Part shown: positions 25,690-39,659 of the stretch, piece after piece
Layout: every line of letters starts with the position of its first letter
Numbering within the stretch: the first letter of the stretch is position 1
Assembly: GCA_028534125.1 (NCBI GenBank)
Contig: CM052817.1
Location: forward strand, 91,080,001 to 91,144,000
Source of the DNA: Lama glama
Taxonomy: Eukaryota
Length of the DNA: 64,000 bases
Direction of reading: 5' to 3'
The notes under the pieces: model-generated
Told to the model about the DNA's origin: nothing
Database searches by the model: none
The model's input: the letters and a program-made list of their open reading frames with translations, nothing else
Program-made: the position numbers and the translations under genes

Positions 25690-26425
25690 TCAATAAACAA
25701 AATAATAAGTGAAAGAGGAGAAATAACAACTGATAACACAGAGATACAAAAAATCATAAGAGAATACTATGAACAGTTTTGTAAGAAAAAAATGGACAAA
25801 CTAGAAGACATAGATAAACTTCTAGAACCATACAAATTTCCAAGACCGGATCAGGAAGAAACAGACAATCTGAACAGACAGATCACTAGTAGCGAAATTG
25901 AATTTGTAATTTAAAAACTCTCAGCAAACAAAAGTCCATGACCTGACAGCTTCACAGAGGAATTCTGCCAAACATATAAAGAAGAGATAATACCCAACCT
26001 TCTCAAACTATTCCAAAAAACTGAAGAGGAGGGAATACCCAAATTCATTCTATGAAGCCACAATTACCTGATACCAAAACAAGACAAGCACAATACAAAA
26101 AAAGGAAATTACAAATTAGTATCTCAGTTGAATACTGATGCAAAAATACTCAGCAAAATATTAGCAAACTGAATTCAACAATATAAAAAAAGGATCATAC
26201 ACCATGATCCAGTAGGACTTATTCCAAGGATGCAAGCGTGGGTCAATATCCACAAACCAATCATCATGATACACCACAGTAACAAAACAAAGCATAAAAA
26301 TCACTATCATCTCAATAGATGCAGAAAAAGCATCTCAATAGATGACAAAATTAAACATCCATTCATGATAAAAAAAAAAAAAACTTCTCATCAAAGTTGG
26401 TTTAGAGGGAACATACCATAATATA
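25690..26425 (+). mobile_element. LINE-1 ORF2 fragment (reverse-transcriptase N-terminal region), frameshifted
   Basis: Encodes [34 protein letters not shown] and DAKILSKILAN...[19 protein letters not shown], all recognisable L1 ORF2 motifs. Confidence 0.95.
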
Positions 26426-26429
26426 ACAA

Positions 26430-27620
26430 AGAAGAGGCAATTTATTGAAGAGGAAATACAAATGGCCCAAAAACATATAACAATAAGTCTGCCCTCACTA
26501 ATAACCACGGAAATGCAAATTAAATCACTAGTCATATTTTATACCAATCAGATAAGAAGAAATGTTAATGTGGTTTGAGAATACAGTGCATTGGCAAGAT
26601 TTTACAGAGAGAGGATCAACTTACCAGTGGTGACTCTATCAGTTAGAACATTCACTTTGCGCCTCCTGTTAAAATAAAAAGTATTCATAGCTGTGATCCA
26701 GATTTTAAATTTCTAGATATTTACTCATTTTTTAAAAAACACTTTAGTGGGGCAGAGGGTGGGAAGGGATAGACTGGGACTTCAAAATTGTAGAATAGAT
26801 AAACAAGATTACACTGTATAGCACAGGGAAATATACACAATGTTATGGTAGCTCACAGAGAAAAAAATGTGACAATGAGTGTGTATATGTCCATGTACAA
26901 CTGAAAAATTGTGCTGAACGCTGGAATTTGACACAACATTGTAAAATGATTATAAATCAATAAAAAAAAGTTTAAAAAATAAATAAAAAACACTCTAGTG
27001 TGTGCAAAGATGTTCATTGCAACATAAAATCATGAAATTGTTAAGTAAAACGTTGTATATTTAAGAGGTGGAATATTATATAATAGATAAAATGAATAAA
27101 CTAAAGTGTGCTTGGATGTGTGTGCACATCACCATAGATAGTTTTGTTTTAAAGTAATTTGCATAAAAAGCATAAAATATAATGTAAACATAATGCCTTT
27201 CATGTTATACAACAATCCTATACATTGCATAGAAATACCCATGTATTTATGTTAGTGCAAAAGACAATCACCTGGAAGAATAGTAAACCAAACTCATGAT
27301 TATGAATCCTACCAAAAAGGGAGGGGGGGACTTAGATGGTTACTGAAAAGGAATTCAGTTTTATCTGAAATGTTTCCATAAAAGACAAAAAAGGAAAGTA
27401 CAGTCATGTGTTACTTGGGTATTTTTTTTTAAGTTGATGCTCAGGAAAAAGCCTGAAAAGAAATCTATCAAAATGTTCAAGTGCCTTGCTTGATGGTGGA
27501 TATATCTGGGATTATTTTCACTTATATGTGAGTGGGGAGGATGATATGGGTATGTGTGTGTGTGCCTGTGTAGGTGTGTTTTCTAAATCTCTGAAGTTCA
27601 AAAAACAAAAAGTAGAAAAA
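26430..27620 (+). mobile_element. Old LINE-1 (L1ME/L1MC-like) 3' region, highly decayed
   Basis: gaagaggaaatacaaatggcc...gaaatgcaaattaaa; aagatgttcattgcaaca; ggaatattatataatagataaaatgaataaacta. Confidence 0.7.
26750..26984 (+). mobile_element. Young camelid-type L1 3' end nested in old L1
   Basis: Near-identical to 6620-6845. TSD aaaaaacactttagtg (26734-26749) / aaaaaacactctagtg (26985-27000) at a ttt/aaaa endonuclease site. Confidence 0.95.
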
Positions 27621-28789
27621 GTGGTTACTAGAGTTTGATATTCAGTCAGATAGAATGGCAAACCCAATTGTAAGACTGACCCAGATTTCAACGTGATAAA
27701 AGCACCTTGTATATTATATGGGAGGGATAACCCACTAACTAATCCACTATTATCCATTAGATTAAACATTAGATTAAAATCTTTACTAAGTGTTAAGCTT
27801 TCACCTTAGAAATCAGAGAACAGACCTTTGAAAAAATGAGCGGAACCAGTAGATATTTGTGATTAAATATTACTACATAATTTGTCTTAAACACTTATCC
27901 CTTTTAAAATGTCAAGATAATTATATGTTAAATATTACCTTAATAAGCCCTAGAAATTCAGATTTTAATTACAGAAACTTAGGAAACGTGAGCTTCTAGC
28001 CTCACATCATTTAACTCTGGCCTCACAGAATTTGCAGGTTACGCCAGAATCCTTCATTACCTGGTTACACACCAGTGAACAATATGACATTTTGCTTGGA
28101 AATGATATAGGATAATATGATGGAAAATAACTGCACTTTCTCCATTGTGCTTCTCCTGTAAGGCTATAAATAAGCTGAATTGTGCTCCCTTGATTTATGT
28201 TTATGACTATTATTATGATGATTTATTTTGAGTTGAGTGCTGACAGTGTGCTGAGTGCTCTACCAGACTCATAAGAAGAAATGGTTATGCCCCAGAGGCT
28301 TACATACCAAGACAAACAATTCAGCCATAAAATACACCAGCTAAGAGATGCTTAATCTCAGCAGTGCAATGCTTCTTGGAGTTTATATGGGGAAAATTTT
28401 CTCCTCTAGGGGAAAGGGGGTTAAGACTCTTTGAAAGACTTTGAGGGCCAGTTTTCAATAAAGATTTCATACAGGAGTAAAGAAACATCAACGTACATGC
28501 TCTTAGAGCATAGTAAAGGGGACAGCTGATTGAGGGTTCCCCAGCAAACAAACAGATTTAGGTACTGAGTTAGGTAATGTGGATACAAGATTGCCGTTCA
28601 AGGGCTTCAGTCTAAGGAGCATCCTCAGCTATACGACTCCAGTTAGGTTCAACATACTGCTCTTATATTGCAACCATCTTTAATCTGTTCAGGAATAATA
28701 TTGGTTATGGACATCTAACTCTCTAGACCTGGGTTTCAAAATGTATATTTTAAAAAACACTATGTTTGGAGGATGATTTTAGCTATGAC

Positions 28790-28985
28790 AAAATTTTTGA
28801 ATCTGTGGACAAATAAACTTGAGAAATGTTGGGTTAAACAAAGTGAAACAAGTATCTCCATCACAAGAATTCTCAGAGTCATCATGAAAATTGTGAATCT
28901 CTGAGCTTGACTGCAAAATAATTTTTGGTAGAGCACTTCACAGGACTAGTACTCTGGGTAATACACATTGGGAAACACCAAGGTT
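28790..28985. mobile_element. hAT-Charlie-type MER relic
   Basis: gagaaatgttgggttaaacaaagtgaaacaag...ttctcagag...cacattgggaaacacc. Confidence 0.55.
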
Positions 28986-29197
28986 GGTGGAAGAGAGAAC
29001 AAAAGAGAAAATGAATCAAAACATGACTTTAACCGTGATGGTGCCTTTGTTTTCTGACTCAAGTGCTCAAAGAATTAATATACCCCAGTGTCTCTTCCAG
29101 TTGAGCTGGGCAAGGTACAACACACTTCATCACCTTCCAAACACAGTTGGAAGGATAACAAGGGCAGAATAAGGCACAATAAAAGAGTCTACACATT

Positions 29198-29698
29198 TTT
29201 GGTAGCCAGCCTTCAAGATGGTCCCCAATAATCCCTGCTCCCTAATATCCTGCCCTTGGATGGTCCCCTCCCACAATAAATAGGGCTGACTTATGTAACT
29301 AATAGGATACTGTGGAAATAATGGGGTGCAACCTCCAAGGCTAGGTCATATAAGACATTACACCTTCTAACTTGCTGTTTTGCATCCCTTGCTCTGGGGG
29401 AAGCCAGCTGCCATCTTGTGAGAACACTCAAGCAGCCCTACGGAGAGACCCATGTGGTAAAGAAGAGTCCTACAGCCATGTCAAGGGTCTTCTTAGAAGC
29501 ACCAAGTTAGCCCTTCAGATAACTAACCTCAGCTAATATCTTAACTGCACCCCCATGAAAGACCCTGAGCCAATACCACTCAGCTAAACTGCACCCAAAT
29601 TCTTGACCCACAAAAACTATGTGAGGTAATAAATGTATATTGTTTTAAGCCACTAAGTTTGGGGGTAGTTTATTACACAGCAATAGATAATTAATACA
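29198..29698 (+). mobile_element. MLT1F-like solo LTR, essentially full length
   Basis: Starts (t)tggtagccagccttcaagatggtcccca; internal ctctgggggaagccagctgccat; ends aataaatgtatattgttttaagccactaagtttgggg...cagcaatagataattaataca. Confidence 0.9.
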
Positions 29699-31796
29699 GC
29701 ATCCTAGATTTTTCAAGATTTCAAATATTCTGACCTGTTCTTCATCCATGTGTCCTAACTTAGGGGTTCAAAATATTTGATCACCAAAAGAGCTGCCTGC
29801 CTTATACACAGGGTTGGAGTCACTGAATCGCAATCAGTACTAGGACCAAAAGAGCTCTGTATGGCACTCTAAGAATATGCTATCACTACCCAGTTCACGA
29901 AAAACTTCTGTTTCCTAGGTGGGGCAAGGCAAATTCTCGATGAACTGATAAAATCAAAGAGATAACTATCAAGATCCTTTTGGAAAACAGGACCATATTA
30001 CTGAGAGTCAGAAAGTGGCCTCTGCTATGGGAGTTGACACTGATATTGTCTAAACCTCACTATGGGGTAAAGCAGAGGATCAAGGCTTTTATACTAACTT
30101 AGCTAAGCAAGTAGACATAAATCCAGCTCGTCCACGTGGAATATTAGGAAAGAGGAATTGAATGGTTTCCAAGGATGAGGACAAGATTGAGAATAAGAGA
30201 AACAAGGCAAAGGATCTGAAGAGAGCTGTGCAGAGATGTGAAACATGATCAGAAGCAAGGAGGGCTGGACCCAAGATAACACGATCAGAGGAAGTGGATG
30301 TAGAAGGCATGGCCTCGGGCATCAGTAGGAGCCCTGGAGATGGGAGCCTTGAAGGATGCTGAGCAACTTCAGAAAGATGGTGAGCCAACCAAATGTGTGA
30401 AAATCTCCAGATGGTACAGGAGAAGTAGACTGACTTGAAAGAAACAGACACGTGAATTGGGCAAGGTTCAGAGAGTCACGTCAGAGCAGCATGCCCTAAA
30501 GAGGCTGTGAGCTGTGTGACAGGATGCACCTCAGAGGGCAGTGGTACATTAGAAGAAGGTCCTATCTGAGCTATGACCTTGGGGTCCTACCCAGAACAAG
30601 TGAGGGGCGAAGAAAGGAGGACAGCAGAGGAAAAGTGAGAGAGGGAGGGAACAGACACAGAGAAGTTTGTAGATTTAGCTGCTCAATGTAGCCACTGTTC
30701 CCATTAAGGAAGTTTAGGAAACCCTGATTGGGCTGCTTAGCTGAGGATGGATTTCTGGGAGAACAGGTAAACCATAGTAAAATAACTCAGGACCATCTGG
30801 ACAATCTCTGATGCAAGAGTGTGGGATGCCTGAGTGTGTGTCTGACTCCTTTCATAACAAGGGCAACCATTTGAGAAATTCTGCATGAATAAGTTGGAAT
30901 TATTTTCTCCCATTGCACCAAGTCCAGAAATAGTCCATGACCAATGATCCATTACAGCTGCCGGTAGAAATAAATTTCCTTGAAACTTTGCAACAGGCTC
31001 AATACACAGTCTTGCCCACAGAATCGCACGTAGCGGTAATCAGTATTCCTCCCTGGCCCCAGACCTGCTGGATAATTACAATTAAGCTTCAATGGATTAG
31101 CTGCCAGCAGGACGGTAGATAGTGAGTGGTATTTTACATCTGTACTTTTTCAGCAAACTTGGGTACGTGGGGCTTTTTTTCCTTCTCCATAGAAAACAAA
31201 AGAGTTATTTCCAATTAATTCAGGAGACCATCAAAATTACTGAAAATTGTGCTGTTCCCCACAGTAGGATGAATGAGGTACGGAATGACTCTCCTCATTG
31301 TGTTAGAAAGGCAAGGGTCACTCACATTACTTACAGAGCCCCTAGTTTACATTTTTCAATTAGGAGATAATCAGGGTGCCATTATGAGTAAAAATTGTTG
31401 GAATGACCTCTTGGCTGTATATTTTAACCAGCAAATCTTTGGGGAGGGCTTGATGGAAAGCATGACAGGAGAACAAGGCAAGTTATACTGATGATAAATA
31501 AGAACAATTATCACACCTATTACCTGATAAATAATTTATTGTGATTTGCCATTAATCCATCTCAAGCCATCTCCTGGATAAAAACACACCCTAAAGACTG
31601 ACTTCTTCAGCATTTCCCACGGCATGTCAGAAATTCTTGTCTGAAAAGCACAAAGGAAGCATTTATCTGGGATATAAAGAGCTGTCATTGCATTCTTGAT
31701 CATTTTAATCAGTGCAGATAAATTATGCCCCTGATAAATGGTGAATCAGTACTTCTCTCTCAGCCCTTAAAAAGAAAATCTGTGAGAAGGTGTTTT

Positions 31797-31960
31797 TTTT
31801 TTGGTTTTTTTTTTTTTGCTTTTTGTCACTTTGTTGTTTTTTTTTTAGTGGGGGAAGGTAATTAGGTTTATTTACTTATCTTTAATGGCAGTACTGGGGA
31901 TTGAACTCAGACCTCATGCTTGCTAAGCACATGCTCTACCACTGAGCTACTCACTTCTCC
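31797..31960 (-). mobile_element. vic-1-type camelid tRNA-derived SINE
   Basis: Reverse complement reads tagctcagtggtagagcatgtgcttagcaagcatgaggtctgagttcaatccccagtac (A/B boxes), then an aaataaacctaattacc tail and poly-A. Confidence 0.9.
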
Positions 31961-32839
31961 TTGCGAGAAACTGTTTTGAGGAGAAGTCATAGCTCAACAT
32001 TTAGGAGTCTGTTTTGTTTTTAAATCTTGTCTTCCATTCTTATTAAACGCCATCAGTCTATGCATTTTCAGTCAACGCCTGCAGCATATTCCTAATTTCA
32101 GGGTCTATACGCTATTATAATAGGAAAATTAAATTCTTCATAATACCCCATGAATCCAATTGGTAAGAATTAGTGGGATATATAGAAATGATTCTAAATG
32201 TTGGAGATTAGGGACAAATGTTGTTTCTTCTACTGCACTCTACTTGGTGATTCTTACAGGCATGTATGTATTATTTTTAACCCTGGTGCCAGGTAAGAAA
32301 TGTAGACCTTTCAGATATACAGGTCACATTTCCCTATGACTTTACTTCCGGATGTCTGGAAAAAAAATAATATTAATACTATTTTTCCCTTTGTCATCTC
32401 AGATCTTATTCCATGTTGTCTCTTGTTCAAAGATGAGCTTTTAATGCTACTTTTTTCCTTTTTTAAAATAATTATTGTTCCTTTTCAACAATGAACTTTG
32501 TAAGTAAATTAATTTGACTTTTTATTATTTACCTCAGATGTTAAACATATATTGTTCATTAGGATTTCCACCTCTTCATGCTTTTTTCTCTTGACATTTT
32601 TGGTCACTGCTTTGCTGTTATTTACCTAGTCATTCTATCAGCTTCGATCCATTTCATAGGGTTCCAGGAACATTTTTTAATCAATACAACATTAATGTCG
32701 GGCAGAGATCCATGTACCATTATCAGAAATTACAAACTGGTATTACCTGTTATGGTTCCCCCTACTACAGAAACTGAGTTATGGACCTGATGTCAAAGGG
32801 TTCTTTCCTCTGCCTTCAGGTATCTGACAGAGATTAAAA

Positions 32840-32962
32840 TATTTTTTAAGGTCTGTTGAGAATGTCATTATACAACCATTCAAGCAATCTGACATCATCA
32901 GCATCAGGAAATTCTTCCTCATAGCTGCCCAAACCCCTCCAACTGCAATAGAAGCCCATTTT
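32840..32962 (-). mobile_element. CR1/L3 LINE fragment
   Basis: aggaaattcttcctcatagctgcccaaacccctccaactgcaatagaagcccattt resembles the antisense L3 3' region. Confidence 0.5.
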
Positions 32963-32964
32963 TA

Positions 32965-33155
32965 ATTTGATTTTAGGACTGGGAGACTCCTCAAGCTCCT
33001 TTATTTTACAGATGAGAGAACAATGGAAAAGCAGGCCCTACAGTGTCTCATGGTCAATGTGTGGCGAATGGCAGGGGATGGAGATGGTGGTCGCAGCAGA
33101 GGTGTTGATGGGCATCCCTACTCATAGGCAGAAAGTCCTCTATCCACCACCATGA
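32965..33155 (-). mobile_element. MIR/MIR3 fragment
   Basis: ctttattttacagatgagagaacaatgg core. Confidence 0.55.
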
Positions 33156-36100
33156 TATGACCTGGGATCACCTTCACAGACCCCAAGTAGAACAGCCCTG
33201 AAAGACCCCAGCCCCACATGCTTCACAGAGTAAAGCAATAGAGAATTCTGAGTGCCCTTCACAGCATTATAATTTTAAATAATGGTGCAAATCCTAGATT
33301 ATAGTCAATTTAAGGACAAGACTACTTTTCCCAAGATTCTCAATTTCTAATATATTATACACAAGCCACAAAACCTCTCTCCATGTGGAATCATAGGAAC
33401 TATTTACAGAAAGTTAAAACGACCAAATAATAATAATTCTGCACAGCTTTCTCTTGTCTGACATGAGAAATAGATGTCACTAAGGTAAATCAGGACAGTT
33501 GAAGGTCTCGTGGTAATGCAGCATTCAATATTTTAATGCCAATATCATGAAAATTCACAAAAGGGAAATTTTTCTCTTTCTCTCTCTTATGTCTCTCTCT
33601 TTGTTAAACGTGTGTCTGGCTGTGTTCGTGTGGGTGGCTCTGATCCCAAAAATATAGTACCAATGAAAAAGGAAGGACACAATGGAAAAAGTATTCTACT
33701 CCCTTCCAACTAAAATTCATAATGAGTTTCTCATAGGTGTGCTCCTCTTTTTAAAAGAACATCTGCTTTGAAAACTGATAATCCAACTCTCTCCATCTAG
33801 AAGCTCTCATGGAGATTGGGTGGATGGTATTTGATTTACAAAAGCTGTAGACCTCTTCCGTTTAAAGCAATTCCAGAAAGGGCCCTTCTGTGACGATGCT
33901 TGTGATAGAACATTCCAGCACTCCCTACCAAGCAGAACAAAGCTCCCATTTCATATAATTCCAGATATCCTCAGGCATTCTAAGTTACCACCTGTGGTTT
34001 GGATCTAAGCAAACAAAAACCTCAAAGAGGAGATAAATCATCAGTAAATCTCTTAGGTGCCGATCCACAAATACTAGGAGCCCAGGGAAATAACTAGGAA
34101 GATCCTGAAGTGATGGTAGGGAATTATGATCTGGTTGGTATCAGGGAACCTGCTGGGATAAATCAAATGACTGAAATGTCAATACTGAGGAATGCAATCT
34201 GTGAAGAGAGGACAAAGAGGTGGGGAAAGAGGGCTCGTGCTATAGATCAAAACAAGTCGGACTTACAATGAAATACAGATGGATGATAAAGGAAGTCGCG
34301 ACGCTGAAGCTTTATGAGTTAAGGCACAAGAAATATAGGAAATAAAGGGGAATTAGCAGTGGGGGTCCTCTGTGCACTACTAAATCAAGATGAATTCACT
34401 GATAAATTACTGGAGAGGGACAAAAACAGATACCCATGTCCCCACAAATAAATAAAATGTAGCATGCAGTATAAATCTTGGCATAGATGTCTTGCCTCTC
34501 TGTGCTGCTACCTGCTGAAATGTCTCACCATTTTTCTCCTCCTTTTCCTCCTTCTGACTCCCAAACAACTGTGGACACCAAGACCTCTGCTTAGCTTCTT
34601 GCCTCTGAATTAACGACGACATTTTTGGTTTCATTTCTTTAGGTCCCTTAGGCAGACTTTGACCACTTGGGGTTTAAAGGCACAGTATGAATAAACCAAA
34701 CAAAAGTGAAATGCTAAATGACAAGATCACAAAACCCTGCTGCTCTAGATTTCAATTACAGAGACATTTCTTAAGGGATAATAAAAAGAGCAAAATGCAG
34801 GTCATCTGGGAATTTTTAGAGCTGTGTTGCTATTAGTTGCTTGTTTCATAAAGTGGAAAGGGCAGCTAGAGGTGAGGCAATTTGGGCCTGCTCACGACAA
34901 ATAAGGAAGAAACCATCAGGAATCTCGAGGTGAAGGGCACTTGGGAGCGTGACCTGATTCCATTTGCTATGCTGAGAGGAGGCTGATTTGTGCAACTTCT
35001 CACAGATACACAAAATAGGAAAAAGGTGAAGCCATAAGAGAGAATTCTACCCTGAAAGTTAAAACTCACAAGGGAAAAATCTGTGAAGCAAAATTACACT
35101 GTGAAATGTCATTCTCTAAAGGGCTTAAACAAGAAGTGTGATAAATGTTATTACTCCGCAGTGCCATAAGGGTGCTGAAGACTCAATCACTGCTCTGATT
35201 TTGCCCAACAAGTGCAAGAAGGCAGTTATAGGAAAACAGACCCTGTTCCAAAGTGCTTTCAGGTTAAAGGCTGCAGGGAGAGAGGCAAAATGGGAAAACC
35301 TCTAATACAGCCATCAAGCTCATAAATAACTTTGGATCATCACTGTCTAGTTGCCCTCTGAGATTTAAAGGCACTGTAAGGTCAGGATAAGCAAAGAATG
35401 AATAGAGTTAAAGGTCAGAAAGGTCCAGAGAAAGTCCACTCAAGAACCAAAGGAAAACTAGCCTAAACTAATCATTAAGACTGATTTTCTTAACGATCTC
35501 AGCAAAACAGTTGCAAGAAACCCCCTAATGTCATTCCAAGATCAAGCAAGTATGTCTAAGACTGGAGAACAGCTGCACTTCTAATCTGGGATACAGATAA
35601 AAAAGAGTATCTAAACAGTTAGAAATTAACACCCATGGGGATGATGCCCAGATACGTGATCACAAAAACTTGTACAAAATGTGTGCGTGCATGCATGAGT
35701 ATTGAGATATATATGTGTGGGTATATAATGTCGTGTAATCATGAACTCTAGTTTCAGTGCCAAAGAGACAGATTTTAATGAACTGAAAGTGACATATTAA
35801 ACCTTGTTTCATATTTCATTTTGACCTTTGAAATGGGTCAACATTATACATATATAATATAAAGCTGTATTACCCAAGTTGTGATCAAGCCTTCCTAGGT
35901 GGCAGCCACCGTAATGACCTCCTCCATGAGAAGCCAATAAATTAAGGGAAGTATCTGAGGGTATCATGAAAGAGAAGTGGAGAAAGGGTCAAGAATCCAA
36001 AAAAGAGTTTGTTCCCCAAACTCTACTTGTGTGCTTGAACACGGAATGATCTCTCCCAGTGCACAAGTCCACTTTCAAGCTTATCGGTAAAACAAAGTTA

Positions 36101-36611
36101 CCACCAAAAGCAAGATGGAAGACTTTAAGCAAGACAAAAAACTCTGAGGTTCACGCTTTCCCAGCAGAGATGCTAAAAGTGTATCCTCAAGACTTGCATA
36201 GCCTGACAGGGAAAGGTGCCAATGACTTACTAATTTTTCTAAAAGAAAGTTATAGGACAATATATATGGTATAATCTCATTTTTATTAAAACACAAACAC
36301 AAGTTATCAATGTACATATTTTATGAGCATAGTAAAAGATCTGAAAAATGTACAAAAATCTCTAATGGTATTTACTCTTGAGTGAAAGTAAGGTTGAAAT
36401 GATGACTCTTATTTTGACAATTCATTTTTGAATTATTTTAATTTTTATAATAATTGTGTCTTTTTTTATAACCTTGAAAACCAACTTTAATATTCTTAGA
36501 AATCAACCTTGAGACGTCCTAGCTGCCTTCTATGGGTGCTTGTTAAAATAAAATAGTATTTGTCCATCCAAATTCTATGACATCTCATAAGATCAAGAAT
36601 TTACCTTCTCT

Positions 36612-38162
36612 TAAAATACAAAGGTAGTAAAATCATCTATATCCACAGTAAGTAGTTGAGGAATACACAAAAAGATATAAACCATAATGTCAGAAACAGC
36701 AAACTTGGGCGTGGGAAAGTAAAAATGTAGGGTAGTTAGAATGTGTTTGCATTTAAGATAGCATCAACTTAAAATAATTATATACAGATACAGATATAGA
36801 TACATGTTGTTTTATATGAACCTCATGGTGACAACAAACCAGAAACATATAATAGATACACACACACAAAGAGAAAGGAATCCAAACATAATACTAGAAA
36901 CAGTCAACGTATCAGAAGGAAAGAAAGAAGAAAGGAAGAAAAGAGAACTACAAAAACAATCAGAAAATAATTAACAAAATGGCAATGAGAACATACCTGT
37001 CAATAATTACTTTAAATGTAAATGAACAAAATACTCCAATAAAACACCATAGAGTGGCTTTTAATGGATTTTAAAAACAAGATGTATATATATGCTGCCT
37101 ACAAGAGACTCACTTCAGATCTAAAGACACAGACTAAAAGTGAAGGGATGGAAAAAGGTATCCCATGCAAACTGAAACAAAAAGAAAGCTGGAATAGCAA
37201 TACTTATATCAGACAAAATAGACATTTTTCCAAAGAAGACATACAGATAGCCAACAGGCACATAAAAAGATGCTCAACATCACTAATCATCAGGAAAATG
37301 CAAATCAAAACCACAAGACACCACCTCAGACCTGTCAGAATGGCTATCATCAAAAAGACAACAAATAACAAATGTTGGCAAGGATCTGGAGAAAGGAAGA
37401 CCCTTAGGCACTGTTGGCAGGAATGTACATTGGTGCAGCCACTATAGAAAACAGTATGGAGGTTCCCCCAAAATTAAAAATAGAACTGCCATATGATCCA
37501 GCAATTTCACTTCCAGATATCTACTCAAAGAAAACAAAAACTCTAATTCAAAAAGATATGTGCACTCCAATATTCATTACAGCATTATTTATAATGTCCA
37601 AGATATGGAAGAAACTTAAGTGTCCACCAGTAGATGAATAGATGAAGAAGATGTGGTATGCATGTATATGTGTGTATTTATACTATATATATATGTGCAC
37701 ACATATAATGGAATATTACTCAGCCATAAAAAAGAAATATTGCCATTTGCAACAGTATGCATGGATCTAGAGAGTATTAGGCTAAGTGAAATAAGTCAGA
37801 GAAACACAAATATCACATGATCTCACTTATGTGTGGAATCTAAAAAGCAAAACAAACAAAACAAAATGAAACAGACTTACAGATACAGAGAACAAACAGT
37901 CACCAGAAGAGAAAAGGGGTCTTGAGGTGGGTGAAACAGGTGAAGGGGATTAAGAAGTACAAGCCTCCAGTGTTACAATAAACAGGTCATAGGAGTCTAA
38001 TCTACAGCATAAGAAACACGGTCAATAATATCACAATAACTTTGTATGAGGATGGACTAGACTTGTCGTTGTGATCATTTCAAAATGTACGCAAAAGTCA
38101 AATCATTATGTAGTACACCTGAAACTAACACAATGTTGTATTTCAACTATACATAAATTTTT
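36612..38162 (+). mobile_element. LINE-1 with a large internal deletion (inter-ORF + endonuclease start fused to ORF2 C-terminus + 3'UTR)
   Basis: ORF2 start SIITLNVN at about 37000. Jump at aatagac (37217-37223) to [28 protein letters not shown] aagaatttaccttctct (36595-36611) / aaaaatttaccttcact (38163-38179). Confidence 0.92.
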
Positions 38163-38249
38163 AAAAATTTACCTTCACTATTAAAGATGGAAATACTGAG
38201 ATGATGCTCTAGGTTAATGAGACAAGAAACAGGACAACTATGTATAACA

Positions 38250-38628
38250 CATGAGCCTGGTCTGGATCTGAACCGAAAAAAAATTATTTTTTGTCTTACT
38301 GTAAAGGACATATAAAGATAATTGACAAAACTTGAATAAAGTCCATAGATTTAATAGTGTTGTCAATTTAATGGCTTGATTTTGATCACTGTACTATGGT
38401 TATATAAGAAAACATCCTTAGAATACTCACTGAAGTATTTAAGCATAAAGGGGCATCTATTTTGTCTTCTACTTACTCTCAAGTGGGTCAGAAAAAATCA
38501 TAGATAGAGATACATAAATAGAGAGAGGGGGCAAATGTGGTAAAATGTTAACATTTGGGAAATATTTATACTATTTTTGCAACTTTTCTATAAATCTGGT
38601 ATTATTTTGAAATAAAGTTTTAAAAAAG
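38250..38628 (+). mobile_element. Old L1 3'UTR (L1MC4-like)
   Basis: cttgattttgatcactgtactatggttatataagaaaac...gcaaatgtggtaaaatgttaacatttggg...tactatttttgcaacttttct. Confidence 0.8.
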
Positions 38629-39659
38629 ACAGAAGGAAAGAAGACAGGGAGAGAGAAAGAGAGGGAGGGAGGAAACCGCCTTCCCTTCTACTCCTTCCTT
38701 ACAAAGGATGGTCCGGTAGTCACCTCCATTTAGTTTGTATACGTGGTTTTATTCATTTTAGGTCTTCTCAGTGAAATCTGATATATCTTCGGGAGGAAAA
38801 GTGAGTTTTCATAAATAGTTGAAACTAATTTAGCTAATGCACATCTCAAGGTATTTGAAAAGCAAATATTGATAACAAGTGTGACTGATCTTCCTAACAG
38901 GTCAGAAGATTTAAGGAATTTGGACAAAGTCAGAATAAATCAATAGCAGGACTGAAGTTTCCTAACAGCTCATTCTGCATGATTTTTAAGTCAAAATTTT
39001 GAAATGCAGCAGCCATTCTGCAGTGGAAAATTGCCCCTGGGAAGCTACAAGAGTTCATCAAAGGCAGAGGGTCACAGTCCTCTGTCTGCTGTGGCGAGAC
39101 ACTGGTCATATTGCTATGCACCCCATAAATCACAAATAATAATATCCCAAGGCATTCTCTCCTGTATTAAAAGATAAGAACTCTGTTTTTGTTTCCAGAA
39201 CCATTGCTGTCTTTCCCTGCTTCACATGGCTCATGTAATTCAGAAGATAGACTTCATTCAAAGAATGAAAAATAGCTTAGTCTGAATTCTGGTGCCTCTC
39301 TTCATCAATTCAGCCCGCTGCAGAACGTTATCTGCCTTGTAAGTACTCAGCTCCCTCTAACAAGATGAATTTCTTTCCTAAAACAGGTTTGTACTCAGGG
39401 CTTCACCACCAGCAATGTTAGCACCACTCTGAGAAAAAGATGTCTTACTATCAGAAGCCCAAATATGGGCTTTATAGACCTCATCTTTGGAGAAAAAGAG
39501 ATGCATAGCATTCATAAATAATGGGTCTTAGCAAAAAAATAAATAAACAAATAAGGAAACATCCTCCATGAATCCTGGTGGAATCGGAAGGCAGGCAGAA
39601 CTCCACAGTCATCACCAAACCAGAAATGGCCTCTGAGGTTTTCTGCAGGCAGCCTTGTC

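Noticed and set aside
32385..32398. ttccctttgtcatc, matching the first 14 nt of miR-204/211
   Set aside because: The match stops at 14 nt and I see no complementary hairpin arm nearby.
37064..37641. ORFs resembling a protein gene
   Set aside because: Frameshifted L1 ORF2 remnants, as are 10203-10514, 26230-26421 and 54816-55007.
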